From the NCBI RefSeq assembly GCF_001194135.2, contig NC_068984.1:77243174-77307173 (forward strand): a DNA stretch of 64,000 bases, read 5' to 3'. Shown one piece after another: positions 25,191 to 39,661 of this stretch. A program made the position numbers and the translations under genes. Origin of the DNA: Octopus bimaculoides (Eukaryota). The notes beneath the pieces are model-generated. The model had not been told where the DNA came from and ran no database searches. It saw only the letters and a program-made list of their open reading frames with translations. How positions within the stretch are numbered: position 1 is the first letter of the stretch; each line of letters begins with the position of its first letter.

Positions 25191-25687
25191 CATACATACA
25201 CACACACACATATACACTAGACAGTTACTCGACATATGACGTTACACCTTTGTCGTCATGAGTAATATCAGAAATTATGGCATACATGCAGTAATTTTAA
25301 TTTAACTGTTATGAAATTCCTCTGTAATTGTACAAAATGATGAAATAGATACTAAATTTTAAAAGCAAAAATATTTAGCAATTTAAAATAATATTAAATT
25401 AAATCAATTTTCTCATTTGCATATTTGCAATAAATATATGCTATCAAATATTCTAAATTTTATCAACCTGATGCAGATCTACTCTATCGAAAATCTATCT
25501 CTGCAAAATTTCAATATCATATGTATATTTGTCATGATGTTATAAGACACTCCTCCTGCAACCCTTACATTAAGCCTCTCAGCATCACCTTTTTCTCTGT
25601 CTTTCCACCTCTCTTTCTATAACTCAATACGATGTAAAGCGTGACTAGGGAAATCACCCAATTACCCAGCCATCATTTATATTGGCT

Positions 25688-25756
<69 letters not shown>

Positions 25757-25770
25757 TTCATCATCATCAT
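25688..25770. repeat. (ATC)n microsatellite
   Basis: Directly visible. Confidence 0.95.
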
Positions 25771-26767
25771 TGTTATTATTTAGAGAGAAAGATTGAAAGT
25801 GAGACAGTTAATGGCATACATATATATGTGTGCGTGTGTACATAGATTCATGCATAGGTACATACATATAAAATTGTACATCTAGAGTTGACATGCCGGA
25901 ATAGATTAGACATAAGTGTGAACCATTCCATTCGTCGAAATGTTTATCGTTTATGAAAGCCTGTTGTTAGATATAAAGGCAAAACCCCTAAATTCTGCAT
26001 GTATCAGAACACACACCCTCCCCTGTTTATAGTGATTAGTATCCGGAATATTAGGATAGATTGTCCTCCATCAACATAATATTAGAGAAATAGATATAAC
26101 TATGTGTCTCTCTCAGTTAGATTTTGTGAAGATTGCCTAAAATGGCCTCTTCAAAAACGTAATGCATTCCGTATCACGTTAGTCAAATAACTGTTTTTCT
26201 GTAAAGTTAAGGAAAGTAGACACATCTCCAGCGTTCTTCATACCATTTTTTGCTTTCACATCTTTCACAGTTTAATTGTAGGCTATACAGATGCGGCATG
26301 TATATGTTTGTATGTGTGTATGCATGCATTTAACCAATAGAGATCATAACTGTTTATAAATATATGCATATATATTGGTATGTAACTGTAAGATTCAAGC
26401 ATCAAATTATATATTCGATGAGTTAACTCGGGATTCTTTAAAGTCAACGTAAAATTAAGATATCTTCGGCCTGATACGTAACTAGCTGAGTACCCCTCGA
26501 TGAGTAATTATTACATCGGAGGATCTATTTGCTAGGAAACATATGCAGCCTGGATTTTGCCTGTTCCACTCCCTCAATTTGCAGTTTCATCTACATACGT
26601 GCATACATAAATACATGCATACATCAGGCGTATATGTGTGTGTATTTGTGTAAGTATATATATGATTTAAAGAGAGTTTATGCCTACATTAATAATTACT
26701 GACGCAAGATCGGTCAAAATTTGAATTGATGAAAGAATTGTAAACAATCTGTTAAAACTCCATTCTT

Positions 26768-26808
<41 letters not shown>

Positions 26809-27369
26809 CTTTTAGTCAAAGAAAAATATCGACTTAAAATGCAATAATTCTTCGCAGGTATCCAAAATATGATTTCATTATGTGTCACACACAGTCACAT
26901 TAATTAGTTGTCAACTCTTTTAATTTCACATTCTATTGATTTTAACGACTCGTAGTGAAATTTTATTTTGGATACAACCTAAGAATTTTGCATTGTATTT
27001 TAAACCGATTACTTTTTTTCAATCTGTTTTTTTTTCTTCAGAACTTAACCAATGAGAAATAGATTATTTATGTTTGTTTATGTTACATATTTTGATTTAT
27101 TGAAATAATTCAATTAATATCAGTCACTGAGCTAATGTTTTCCTCACCATAGTATTTCTAATTAGATTTTTGATTGCCTGCTTTAAACAGGTCCACCTCT
27201 ATTCAGCCTATGATAGCAGGTGCTTTTGGAATTATTAGAACCTAGCCAAAAGGTAACTAAAACTCTAGGAGTTACTTAAATGCACAATACAGAGAAAAGA
27301 ATACGATGAAGTACTTTCTGTATAATAAACACACATCAAGTTCCTAAGGTGCACGAAGCTGTAGTAAAA

Positions 27370-27870
27370 GTATAGGAAATAGTATTTTCAAATTTTGGCA
27401 CAAAGCCAGCAAGAATGATCCTGATCGATAATATCGACATCAATACATGACTAGTGATTATTATAGTAAATCCGAAAGGGTGGAAGGAAAAGTCTACATC
27501 GGGGAATTTGAACTCAGAACGATTCTGCCAGCTCTCGTCTCCCAACAATAATATTAGTTTCAAATTTTGGCACAAAATGCCGCCATGCATTTTTCTGGCG
27601 TGCTAACGATTCAGTCAGATCGCTATTTTAATGATGACAGTAATAATAATAATCCTTTCTATTATAGGCAGAAGGCCTGAAATTTGGAGTGGGGGGGGGG
27701 ACAGTCGTTTACATCGATCCCAGTACCCAACTTGTATTTAATTCATCGTCCTCCAAAGGATGAAAGGTAAAGTCGACCTCGGCGCAATTTGAACTCGGAA
27801 CGTAGCGACGGGCGAAATACTGCTAAGCATTTCGCCTGACGTGCAAACGAATCTGCCTGCACGTCAACTT
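27370..27870 (-). mobile_element. Cluster of three co-oriented SINE family B copies or fragments separated by (AAT)n
   Basis: Repeated tttcaaattttggcacaa tails, gtcgacctcggcg...ttgaactc and gctaacgattc head segments. Confidence 0.8.
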
Positions 27871-27892
27871 AATAATAATAATAATAATAATA

Positions 27893-27942
<50 letters not shown>

Positions 27943-28084
27943 AATAATAATAATAATAATTATTATTATTATTATTTTATGTTTGACTTTTGTTTTGCAT
28001 TTGTACAAGTTGGATCCAAGTCTCACCCAGAGACCTCAAGAGACAACAAGTTAGAAGTTCATGTAGGTGTTATGCCTAGGGTAC

Positions 28085-28144
<60 letters not shown>
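27870..28144. repeat. Compound (AAT)n(GAT)n(AAT)n(ATT)n and (ATT)n microsatellites
   Basis: Directly visible. Confidence 0.95.
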
Positions 28145-28145
<1 letters not shown>

Positions 28146-28299
28146 CACCTGCAAGGTCATGCGCTGTTTATATTGATATACGATCACCATGTCGCGCACA
28201 TATGGTTGTGATGTATGTCCCTGGTGTACCCTTTTTGTCACCCCTTGCCGCCAACTCCTATTTTTGGCTTTGCAGCTCCACACCGGTCGAAGACTTTTG

Positions 28300-28720
28300 A
28301 AAGTACACCAGGTGTAGCCGATCTATTTTACTCTGTTCCAAGGCCGTCGCCTTCTAAACAAAACTCTGCATCTTCACAATTCCAACGACAAGCCCATTCT
28401 TTTTACGGGTCAGAAACTTGGAGCGTCACCACAGCTATAACGAGTAAGCTACAGTCCTTTGTCAACAGATACCTGCGCTACATCTTTAAGACCTGATGGC
28501 CGGACAAAATTTCACAAAGAAGTCTGCGGGACAGAACGAACCAAACTCCCATCGATCAAGAAATTATGAAAATGAAATGGGACCGGATCGCTCACATTCT
28601 AAGGACACCTCTAAGCAACATTGCGAGACAAGTGTTAGACTGGCTGCCTGAAGGAAAGTGGAAAGTTAAACAACCTAAGAAGTTGTGTAACGTATGCATG
28701 GAGGATGAAGCGAAGTTGCC
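28300..28720 (+). mobile_element. RTE-clade LINE, decayed C-terminal coding fragment
   Basis: FYGSETWSVTTAITSKLQSFVNRYLRYIFKT*WPDKISQRSLRDRTNQTPIDQEIMKMKWDRIAHILRTPLSNIARQVLDWLPEGKWKVKQPKK follows the RTE pattern LYGSETW..CLRRI..WP..IS..W.W.GH.LR..W.P.GKR.GRP. Confidence 0.85.
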
Positions 28721-28844
28721 CAAGATTTTATCCACTGGCATGAAATTGTCGCGACATTATGCTACTTACAGAGTAGTGTAGACTAACTTAAGCTCCATCC
28801 CTCCTAACAGCAGTGCTTTCTGAATGAGACGCAGTACCTGAAAT

Positions 28845-28990
28845 GTAAAAGGTTGGAAAGTATAATCAATTACATCGACTTCTATACTTGACTGGTACTT
28901 TATTTTATCAACCCCTAGAGGGGTCAAATGCAAAGTTTATCCCAGCAGGAACTGAACTCAGAATTTAAAGTGAAACGACGAAATATCAAT
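28845..28990 (-). mobile_element. SINE family B, degenerate
   Basis: tacatcgac...actggtacttttattttatcaacccc...ctgaactcagaa. Confidence 0.65.
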
Positions 28991-29267
28991 TTAGCAACTC
29001 TATTACTTTTGTACCAATCAAGTATTTTATTTTACCAACATCTAGGAAGGATAAACAGGCAATGTAGATGTTGGTATTATCTGATGCAGGTCAGCGTTAC
29101 GTTTCATCCCTTCTAATACTAATATTATCATAACAGTAATATAATCAACCATGAAACGGTATAACATCATGAAAATACCAGATCTAGTTTGTTCTTAGAC
29201 CATAATAACATAACTGAATGTTTTTTATATTATTTACTTCTTAAATTTTTGTCTTATGTTACATTAT

Positions 29268-29417
29268 TTCTTCTTCTTCTTCTTCTTCTTATTCTTCTTC
29301 TTCTTCTTCTTCTTCTTCTTCTTCTTCTTCTTCTTCTTCTTCTTCTTCTTCTTCTTCATTTTCTTCTTCTTCGTCGTCTTCTTCTTCTTCTTCTTCTTCT
29401 TCTTCTTCTTCTTCTTT

Positions 29418-29462
<45 letters not shown>

Positions 29463-29486
29463 GTAGTAGTAGTAGTAGTAGTTGTT

Positions 29487-29517
<31 letters not shown>

Positions 29518-29530
29518 CAACAGCAGCAGT
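29268..29530. repeat. Compound (TTC)n(ATT)n(AGT)n(AGC)n microsatellite
   Basis: Directly visible. Confidence 0.95.
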
Positions 29531-29779
29531 TGCAACTTGCAGGAATTTGGTGTTAATATGTTATCAATAGTTTATTGTTCCTATAGCAGAATGGGAGAGT
29601 CATGTGATGTAAATGAAGACCGTATAGAAATTATTTTCCGAATATTTTCGGTATATCATATAGTTTTCTGTTATTTAACAAATAATCTGAGTGTATTTGT
29701 ATGTACGTGAGTGTCTATGTGTCTATGCATGTATGAATGAATGAATGAATGACCGTACACACACATATATATACATATA

Positions 29780-30790
29780 TCATCATCATCATCATCCTCA
29801 TCATCTAACACCCGTTCTTCATGCCGGTATGGGTTGAACGGTTTGACAGGAGCTGGCCAGCTGAAGAGCAACCCAGGCTCCATGTCTTTTTTTTACATGG
29901 TTTCTACAACTGGATACCCTTCCTAACTCCAGCCGCTTTACAGAGTGTACTGGGTGCTTTTACGCAGCAACAGCAGGGGTGCTTTTTACGTGGCACCAGC
30001 ACCCACGAGTCCGCAAGATTAGGAGCACTCCGCTGGAAACATGCCTGCATGCAAGGGCAACCACTTAGCTTTTACTTAGCTTAACGTGTCTTCTCAAGCA
30101 TAGCAAACCGCGAGGAGTCTTATCACCCTGTCATCCCCTCTGTGAGGCCCAACATCTGAAGATACATCTTCCTCCACAAGTAGAGATCAGCACCTCTTGA
30201 TGCAACTGTCTTCATTCATGCATATTACATGACCGTAGCAGCGCAGTTTTCTCTCTTGCACACTACATCTGATACTTTGTCTACTCAGTTTTTCTCTCAA
30301 ATCACTTACACTTTGTCATATACGCATACTGATATAACCCATCCAGCAGTGTATGCTGGTTTCATATCATCCAAGCCTTTGCATATCCTCAGTAGGCACA
30401 GCCCATGTCTCATTGCCGCGAAGCATAGCTGTTCTAACAAAGATATCATACAATCTGAATTTCATTCTGAGAGAGAAGCTCTTCGTTACTAACAGAGGTA
30501 GTAGCACTCTGAACTTTGCCCAGACAATTCTTATCCTAGCAGCTATGCTTTCGGAACAACTTCCACCACTACTAATTCGGTGACCTATGTAACGGAAACT
30601 GCCTACGACATTTAAGGATTCCCTCCACCCGATATTTGAGGGAGTCTACTTTTTGTACAACACTGATGTTTAATGTACCTGCACATCAGCAACATGCAAA
30701 ACTACTTTTTCCGTTAGTCATCCACTGATATCGCTGTACCACATTTGAACTGAATGACCCGTATGGTGCTTCTCCAAACACTTTTTCTAC
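29780..30790 (-). mobile_element. RTE-clade LINE, 5-prime-truncated 3-prime end with (GAT)n tail
   Basis: The reverse strand translates with stops to SFRYIGHRISSGGSCSESIAARIRIVWAKFRVLLPLLVTKSFSLRMKFRLYDIFVRTAMLRGNETWAV..LREKL..VQERKLRCYGHVICMNED; it ends in a (GAT)n tail at about 29780-29800. Confidence 0.88.
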
Positions 30791-30825
30791 ATATCGAGCA
30801 GGGTTATATATTCAATTAAACATTA

Positions 30826-31312
30826 CATCGCTTGCTGTAGGGAGTTTTATCTCCCTTGTCAGTACAGAGAATACGTGCTTTGTTTGTGGCTAAAGAGTTT
30901 TTGACTCTTATATTAGCAATGCTGGTGCTCCTTGCACCATTCGTCACTTTTAGTGACGGTAAATTATTTCCTTTTTGGTTTTAGACTGCGTGAAGCCAAT
31001 CTAATTATTTTATAATTTTCATATTTGCTAAACCAGACATTGTTTCCAATGGCAAATTTTACAAATACTGAATTTTAACTTCACCACCAACAATGGAATA
31101 TCACTGGTGATCATTAATTTCATATGAAATTAGCTAATCTGATACCGTCGCTTGTTGTGGGGAGTTTTATCTCCTTTGTTAGTACGTAGAACATGTACTT
31201 TGTTTGTAACTAAAATGTCTTGGACTATTATTTCTAGGAATGCAGGTACTCCCCGCACCTTTAGTCACTTTTAGTGGGGGCGAATTATTTCCTTTTTTGC
31301 TTTTAAATTGCG
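30826..31312 (+). repeat. Diverged direct repeat, two units of about 165 bp, 320 bp apart
   Basis: 30826-30990 and 31146-31312 share tcgcttg.tgt.gggagttttatctcc.ttgt.agtac, ctttgtttgt..ctaaa, gtcacttttagtg and aattatttcctttt. Confidence 0.8.
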
Positions 31313-31326
31313 CTAGCGACCTTAGT

Positions 31327-31373
<47 letters not shown>

Positions 31374-32819
31374 TACACCACGCATCAGGTGACGAAGTGA
31401 TAACAGAGCAACGTGTTTTGCCAAGTACCCAACGCATCATTCAGTCNNNNNNNNNNNNNNNNNNNNNNNNNNNNNNNNNNNNNNNNNNNNNNNNNNNNNN
31501 NNNNNNNNNNNNNNNNNNNNNNNNNNNNNNNNNNNNNNNNNNNNNNNNNNNNNNNNNNNNNNNNNNNNNNNNNNNNNNNNNNNNNNNNNNNNNNNNNNNN
31601 NNNNNNNNNNNNNNNNNNNNNNNNNNNNNNNNNNNNNNNNNNNNNNNNNNNNNNNNNNNNNNNNNNNNNNNNNNNNNNNNNNNNNNNNNNNNNNNNNNNN
31701 NNNNNNNNNNNNNNNNNNNNNNNNNNNNNNNNNNNNNNNNNNNNNNNNNNNNNNNNNNNNNNNNNNNNNNNNNNNNNNNNNNNNNNNNNNNNNNNNNNNN
31801 NNNNNNNNNNNNNNNNNNNNNNNNNNNNNNNNNNNNNNNNNNNNNNNNNNNNNNNNNNNNNNNNNNNNNNNNNNNNNNNNNNNNNNNNNNNNNNNNNNNN
31901 NNNNNNNNNNNNNNNNNNNNNNNNNNNNNNNNNNNNNNNNNNNNNNNNNNNNNNNNNNNNNNNNNNNNNNNNNNNNNNNNNNATATATATATATATATAT
32001 ATACGGGGTGGATGTAAGTATGTGTGTGTAAGCACTATTTGAGTAAGTTTCAGGCAAAACTTGATGTCCAAGGCAACGTGAATTTTATGATAAATCTAGC
32101 TCTACTCTCAGTAGTTTTGAATCCTCTTATCAGTAAATATTCTGTTGTTATCCTTAAACTATTAATGTGTATGTTTGTGTATATGTATATGTGTATATTT
32201 TTATGCATATATAGGTACATATATATATGCGTGTGTGCGTTTCTAAATATGTGTGTTTGTATGGTTCTTTATCAAGGCTTAAGTCAAGATAGAAGGCTTT
32301 TTGTTTTATCTAGACATTGACTGGAGACAAAACATTTGGTAAACCGAAGAGCGGAAAATGAAAAATATTCTTATAGATTGTCTGAAACAAATGGCTGTAT
32401 TTTGTTTCTGCATGTTTATATATCTATATATATGTACGTGTATGTGTGTGTTTATGTGTGTGTGTATATGTGTGTGTGCATATGTGTGTGCATATGTGTG
32501 TGCATGTGTGTGTGCATGAATTCGCGCCTGTGTCTATTTGTGTGGGCGTGGGTGTATGTTTTTATGTGTGTGTGTACGCGTGTGCGCGCGCCTGTGTGTG
32601 TGTGAGAGTGTTTTACACTAAATAATTGAATAAGCTAACAGTCCCTTCCTTCATAGTGTATTTGTTGTCCGTCCAAATTATGAGTTATGAAACATCAAAG
32701 TAATAGTCGTGGCGGATTGAATGAACAAATTATATTGACATATGATTTGGTTTCGTGATATCACTCGTAGGTCAATTTAATGGCACCATCTACAAGCCAA
32801 TGACAGAGCTACTGCACAG

Positions 32820-33030
32820 TCGTTCGACGTGCAAGAAATAGCGGCCAAATCTCCCTTAAAACACACTCCATCCTTAGAAATAAGGAAATCACATGTAGAT
32901 ATAATGTAGTTTTAGACACTTTTAAAAGAACAGGATGACCATGCATTAAATCCCTTTTGGAAAATCACAGTTGAGCTAGGAGTAAACAACGATGACAACA
33001 AGATCAAGAACAACAACCACAACAGTAACA
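32820..33030 (+). repeat. Old (AAC)n-tailed repeat family, probably SINE-like; related pieces at about 8490-8580, 35330-35490 and 36170-36345
   Basis: Shared degenerate blocks agaaatagcggccaaatct, gtcatagctgga and gacctggggctaaa..aac. Confidence 0.45.
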
Positions 33031-33852
33031 TTAACAAAAATACCATGCTGACTTTCAATACTTTACTGCATAGTCCCAATACATCTTCCGTTTTAACTCT
33101 ACATGATAGTATAGAACAATCTAATTTTTACTTCCAAACAAGTGATTACTATGTGTGTTTCACCCTGGTAAACCTCGTCACCAGAGGATAGTTTCAACAT
33201 GTTTGCATGTCAGAAATTACATTTATAGATACGGAAAAGGAAGTTCAATATATTTTTGGTTAAGACTAATTATTTATATGATAAAAATATAAAAAGTTAG
33301 AGGAAAAAATTCCTGAAGGCCGTTGGTATGAATTTGAAACCTTGAATTAAAGGGTCTTGGATTGAATGCCGCTCACAATATATTTTCGATTTGAAGACAT
33401 TTTCTTCTGAGCGAGAGACGATAGACAAACACTTATGGGCAGATGTTAACATCGTTGTAGCGTGCCTTTCGTGGATTTTACTCTTTTGTAAGAATTCAGC
33501 TCATACCTCACTGCTTATTGTGATTGTTCTATAGATGTTCTGAGAGGTTATCGTCTGGATAAACTCCACGAGTTTGGCAGGAACTACGCTTGTAAAAGCT
33601 CATGCAGAGTAACGTAACTCTGTTCTACTGTCTAACATCTTAAACAAAGGGTCGACGGATTTAACTTTCGCTGATTTTGTCTACCAAATTATAAGGCCTT
33701 TGCTGGATTGTGTGTTGAACAAATTTTTAACACTCTGAGTATCATAAATATGTACGTGTGTGATATGATGCTATAAACGTAATCGATAATACATTTATAT
33801 AAATAATAATTTATATGGAAATGGTTAACTAATTGTTTTCTTTTGTTTCTAG

Positions 33853-33966
33853 GTGGTCTCTGGTGCAATCGAACATGGGACGGCATTATGTGTTGGGATG
33901 ACACTCCTGCATCAACAACAGAAAGACAATCATGTCCTCATTATATTCATGGTTTTAAAACATCTA
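33853..33966 (+). CDS. GPCR exon A: hormone-binding domain (Cys2-Cys4)
   Basis: tttgtttctAG acceptor and GTAAGT donor; 114 nt, phase 1-1; encodes [37 protein letters not shown] with N-glycosylation sequon NRT. Confidence 0.96.
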
Positions 33967-34000
33967 GTAAGTAGTAACCGAGCAATTTTCTAAAACCTAC

Positions 34001-34032
<32 letters not shown>

Positions 34033-34292
34033 NNNNNNNNNNNNNNNNNNNNNNNNNNNNNNNNNNNNNNNNNNNNNNNNNNNNNNNNNNNNNNNNNNNN
34101 NNNNNNNNNNNNNNNNNNNNNNNNNNNNNNNNNNNNGACTAGTACTTATTCTATCGGTCTCTTTTGCCAAACCGCTAAGTTACGGGGACATAAACAAACC
34201 AGCATCAGTTGTCATGCGATGGTTGGCGGGGACAAACTCAGACAGACAGATACACACACACACCTAAACACACACACCAATATATTCATATA

Positions 34293-34368
<76 letters not shown>

Positions 34369-34383
34369 CACGCACACACACAT

Positions 34384-34418
<35 letters not shown>

Positions 34419-37400
34419 CTTTTTATCTGTTTTCCTTTACTTGCTTCAATGATGTGTCTGTGGCCATGTTGGGGCACTGCCTAAGGTACCACGCAGTGGA
34501 ACTGAACCCAGAACCATGTGGTTGGGAAGCAAACTTCTTACGACACAGCCCATAGCAGCAGCAGAGTAATTACTAGGTATCGATTCTTTGTGTAAGGGAA
34601 TGCAGCATGTAAAAAGTGAAAAATTGCTTCTATTAAGAGATTTAAACTCTTATGTTTATACAATTAAGTTTAAATTTCCTCGAGATATCTTATGTCTTCT
34701 ATATCCATATCTATGGACTCCGAACATAAACTTCCTGTAAACATATGAAGGTTAACGGAATCAAGCATGGCACTAAGTAAATGAGGTCGGATAAAAAACA
34801 CGGGGCTCACCGATCCTATTCATCCCTAACAGAACTTAAACACGCAACAAATAGAAGAAAATTAGTGGTTACCGACTTTCAGTCAATAAAGATAGGGATA
34901 TTCATTCATTCATTCATTCATTTACTCATTCAATGATAAACAATGTAAAATTTGTCCGTGTGTATATTAGATTACACATCACAGTAATGGGTATAATTTG
35001 AATTGATTATCGTTAGATTGTCTTACATGCTTTGAAGACGTTATCGTTGTGTCGATATATCGACATTCGCGTCTCTGTCTAGATACATTTGTACGTCGAT
35101 TACATGTGGAATAAGAGTTAATTAATCAATAGGTTAACTGACGATGTTTATTAATTATAACATTGATAATCAGTATCCTGAATGTGTGGTCAACATATGG
35201 AATTCTAAAACAAATCAGCCCAAAATATGTATCATAGTGTAAGATCAATGCTCCATTGTAACGATCGTCAGTACTATAAAAGTGGCTTGTATTGTAGAAT
35301 GATAAGCAAATGCAGCTGTCTCAAATGTTAAATCTGTTAGAAATTGCAGCCAAATCTTAAAAATGGAAGAATTAATGGGATACTATGGCTGTGAAGAAAA
35401 AGTATAGGATAGTCATAGCTATGACATCTTTGATCGTAGGACTGTTAGTTCAGCATAGATGAGAGGCTAAACATCTACAGCAACAATTGAGAGAATGACA
35501 TTAAACCAAATTCTTCAGTTGGGCTTCTACAATTTTATGACGCAATGTCAACCATATTCATAAACACACTGGTATACCTAGGGTTATATGAACCCACGAC
35601 ACTAGATTTCGCAAACAAATTACATTAAATTCATCAGTTTGCTTTTAATCTTTGATAAAATAATTTTCATTAAAGTAGCATCGATATTTTTTTTTTTTTA
35701 CATTGGCACATGTCTGCAAGGAAAATTAACCATTTAAATACACCACGCGATCTTTCTAGTATCAAATCTAGAAGGTCGAATGGCAAAGTAGTTCTTGGTC
35801 AGATTTGAGCGCAAAACGTAAAGGGACGTAATCAAATTCTATGAAATATCTTATCCGAAGCTTCAACTGTTTTATCATTAACATTTCTCGCCATTCTTAT
35901 AGCAAGGTTTTCTAAGACATGCACAAAGCTACAAAGCAGTAGAGCAGATTTAATAAATCCTTACTATATAGCCGGTATTTTATTTTTAACTATCGCAGAA
36001 AGATGAAAGATAAACTTCTTAGTGGCGGAATTTAAACGTGAAACGTAAAGGTGAAGTAAAAATAACACAAGGCATTCCATCTTATATAATAAATGATACA
36101 GTATTTAGCATATTATACAGAATATAGTCATGTAAACCTATATGATTAAAAGGTAACGACTGATCCTCTACCAGGTCGCTCAACCTTCAAGAAAAGTTGC
36201 CGAATGACGCTCAAATAAAATTACCCTCGTCTAAAACAGGAAAAGATACATCGGAAAATGTACTAGATAATCAAAGATGGAACAGTCTCGATCATAAGTT
36301 TGCTCAATGAAAGTTTACCTGGGGCTAAATAACATTAATAACTATTACATCAGAAAAGGTACTACTAAGCGTTCTCAAGAACCTATACAGTATTATTCTC
36401 TCTTTTTTCGACAAAGAAAAGAATCATTTGTTTAATGCTTTCTGCTAATATCCAGGATGAACAACACACTAGATCACTGATAGAATGTGTTCTCAAACAA
36501 CAAGTAAAGCACTATTCTAAATTATGCTATTAAGAAAAAAATGATTGTTATTAGCATTCAGAAGATAAGTGTTGTTTATAAAGATAAGAACGTTTACGCA
36601 ACAATACTGTTTTAAAAATTTTTGTCCTTATTTTTGTTGCCGCTAATATAAACACTGAAAATGAATTTCTCGCCACGACATAGATACGACAGTCACAGAG
36701 TTCATAGGCTGATTGTGCCAAAGATAGCACATTGAATGGCTGGAGGGAAGAAATAGTTCGCAAAATTGAGTTATAATGCAAACAGCAAGCTCCCTTCTAG
36801 GTAAGCCGGTGACGCAGTTTCGATTCAATTTACCGTCAGTAATTTTTCTTAAAAAGTTATTGCTGTTTAGGCACATCTGAACTCTGATCTATGAGAAATA
36901 ATTACAGACGTTCATCCTTGACTATCGTGTGAAATGTNNNNNNNNNNGGGGCTTAGTGTACTGGATTATATAATCTAAAGCTTCCCTCCGTGTGTAAGAT
37001 GATAAAGTGTTTTCGAAAGAAATTTAGTTGGTATTTCTAACAGTTTTCTCGACTGGTTAGAGGCTCCTTTGTATGTTGCTGCTAATAGGTTTTTAAAAAA
37101 TGAACGAACATCACAAAATCTCATCGACATTGTTAATATTCTGTTGGAATAGTTGCGAGCTGATGACTGCCAGGAGAAAATGCAGGGCAGGATTTCTAAA
37201 GGGCTCGGTTAGGAAGGACTGGATATAGAAGTTAATAGAGGGGCTAAGATAAATGAGGACACAATATGGTGGGTGAGGATGAAAGACGGGTAAGATGTGT
37301 ATCCAGAATGAATGTGACATCAAGCCAGAAATCTCCTTGGAGCAGACTCCCGCTATAGATAAAATATTGTGTTGTGTGTGATGCAATGTAAAATTCACTT

Positions 37401-37636
37401 GTCTCTTTTATCAGACTGACACATTATAGCGTACAGACCAAAAGTTATATAAGCTACAGATGCATAAATAGGAGAATATGGGAACCTATACCGAGCTTAA
37501 AAATATTCTAAAAGAGAGATGAAATTGTTACAAAAGTCATCTCCTTACCAAAGAATTTTAAAGCATGACAATATTTAGAGAAAAGTTGCATATGTATATA
37601 TCAACAAAATGTAATACCATTGCTTTACAACAGAGA

Positions 37637-37693
<57 letters not shown>

Positions 37694-39578
37694 TGTTCCA
37701 AGTTTTGCCACAAGGCCAGCAATTTTGTGGGAGGGGATGAATCGATTACAACGACTCATCCGCTAAGCATTTCGTCCGGCGCGCTAAAGAATCCGCCAGT
37801 AATAATAATAATAATAATAATGGTTTCAAATTTTTCCATAAGGGCAGCCATTTGGAGAGGGAGAGGATTTGTCGATTATACTGACCTCAGTGTTTCACTG
37901 GTACTTAATTTATCGACCCCGAAAGGATGAAAAACAAAGTCGACCTTAGCGGAATTCGAACTCAGAACGTGAAGACAGATAAAATATGATAAGTCTTTCG
38001 CTCAGCTTGCTAACGACTCTGCCAGCTCCATGTCTTCTTAATAATAACAATAACAATAATAATAATGATAATAATAACCCTTTCAACGAAAGGCACCAGG
38101 GCTTGAAATGTCTTGGGATGGGACTAGTCGACTACATCGACCTCAGTACTCCATTGGTACTTAATTTATCAACCCCGAAAGGATGAAAGGCAAAGTCGAT
38201 TTCTGCTGAATTTGAACTTATTTCGTCCAGCGCGCAAACTTTTCTACCAGCTCGCCGCCTAATAATAATGATAGCATTAATAAGAAGGATAGTAATAACT
38301 TATTACATAGGTGCAAGCCAGAGTAATACTGATAATAGTTGTTTTTTTTTTTTTAATAATAAAATTAATAATAGATTCTGACGTAGACACAGTGTGTGAT
38401 AAGTATAGTCGATTAGACAGACTACATGTGATTAGTATTTATTTTATCGAACACAGAATAATGAAGTGCAAAATCTGCCTCAGTGACTGGCACAAAGCCT
38501 CAAATTTAGAAGAGGCCTATAAATCAATTATATTGCTAGATTGCTACCATATTTCTACGACGCAGGCAGGCTGGAAAGCAAAGTAAATCTTGAAAAATCA
38601 ACGCAACTAAATACTGCGAGGTATTGTGTCCGATGCTCCACTAATTCTAGCAAATACAAATAATCTTTTGAGTATTATGTTTTATGTTCTGTTATCGGTG
38701 GTATATTTTTTTCTCTTCTAGATTTTGCCGTCAAAACCTGCACTGAAGAAGGCGTGTGGTATTTCAATTCCAAGATTAACAAGACATGGACCGATTACTC
38801 TTCTTGTGTCCAGGAATTTTCTAGTAATTTTCAGGTAAGTAAATAATGCGCGTTTCAAATGAAATTTAATTGGTTATACATAATATTTCCCCATCTGGTC
38901 GCGCACACACGGAATTTTCAAATCTTTCGTTGGCTAAATACATCCATAACTTCAGGCTCGATAGAGGCTTGCAGTAATAAAATTTGGAAATGTTAGTCAA
39001 TGGATTACTCTTTCACCGAGCCTGCACATTCACTATGCTACTTTCTATAGCTTCCTCTGTTTCGCTAAGTCAGGTGGCTCTTGGGAGTTAAGCCTTGCCA
39101 AAGAGAAGCTCCTATTTGGCCCATGGTATTTACATATTCACCGCTAACCTATATATCTAGATGTAATTCTCATATCTGCCCTCGGAGATTAACCGAGTAG
39201 GAATTTCTCTTGCAATCTATCTGCTGTCTGCTAACGCTACAATATTTATATCCAAACCAGCCCATACAACTGTGTGATAAAGCAGCCAAATGTATCAAAC
39301 TCAGTTTGTGAGGTTGCTATACTTGATAATCGCTTTATCATCCAGCCCTCGATACATGGGCTGTAAAACAGGACTCAGATTTGAAATTGGAAAGTAAGTT
39401 GTACATCTAAATTTCTATCCGCCCGCCCCCACTGTCACTGCTCACTAAAAGATTTTTTTAGGGTGCTACAACGTTATTCTTTACCTAACCAGAAGTAATC
39501 AGAAGCCTAATTTTCTAACCATAAAATCAGGCACCTTCTTTTATGTGTGCTTGTGTGTGTGTGTGTGTGTGTGTGTGT

Positions 39579-39661
<83 letters not shown>

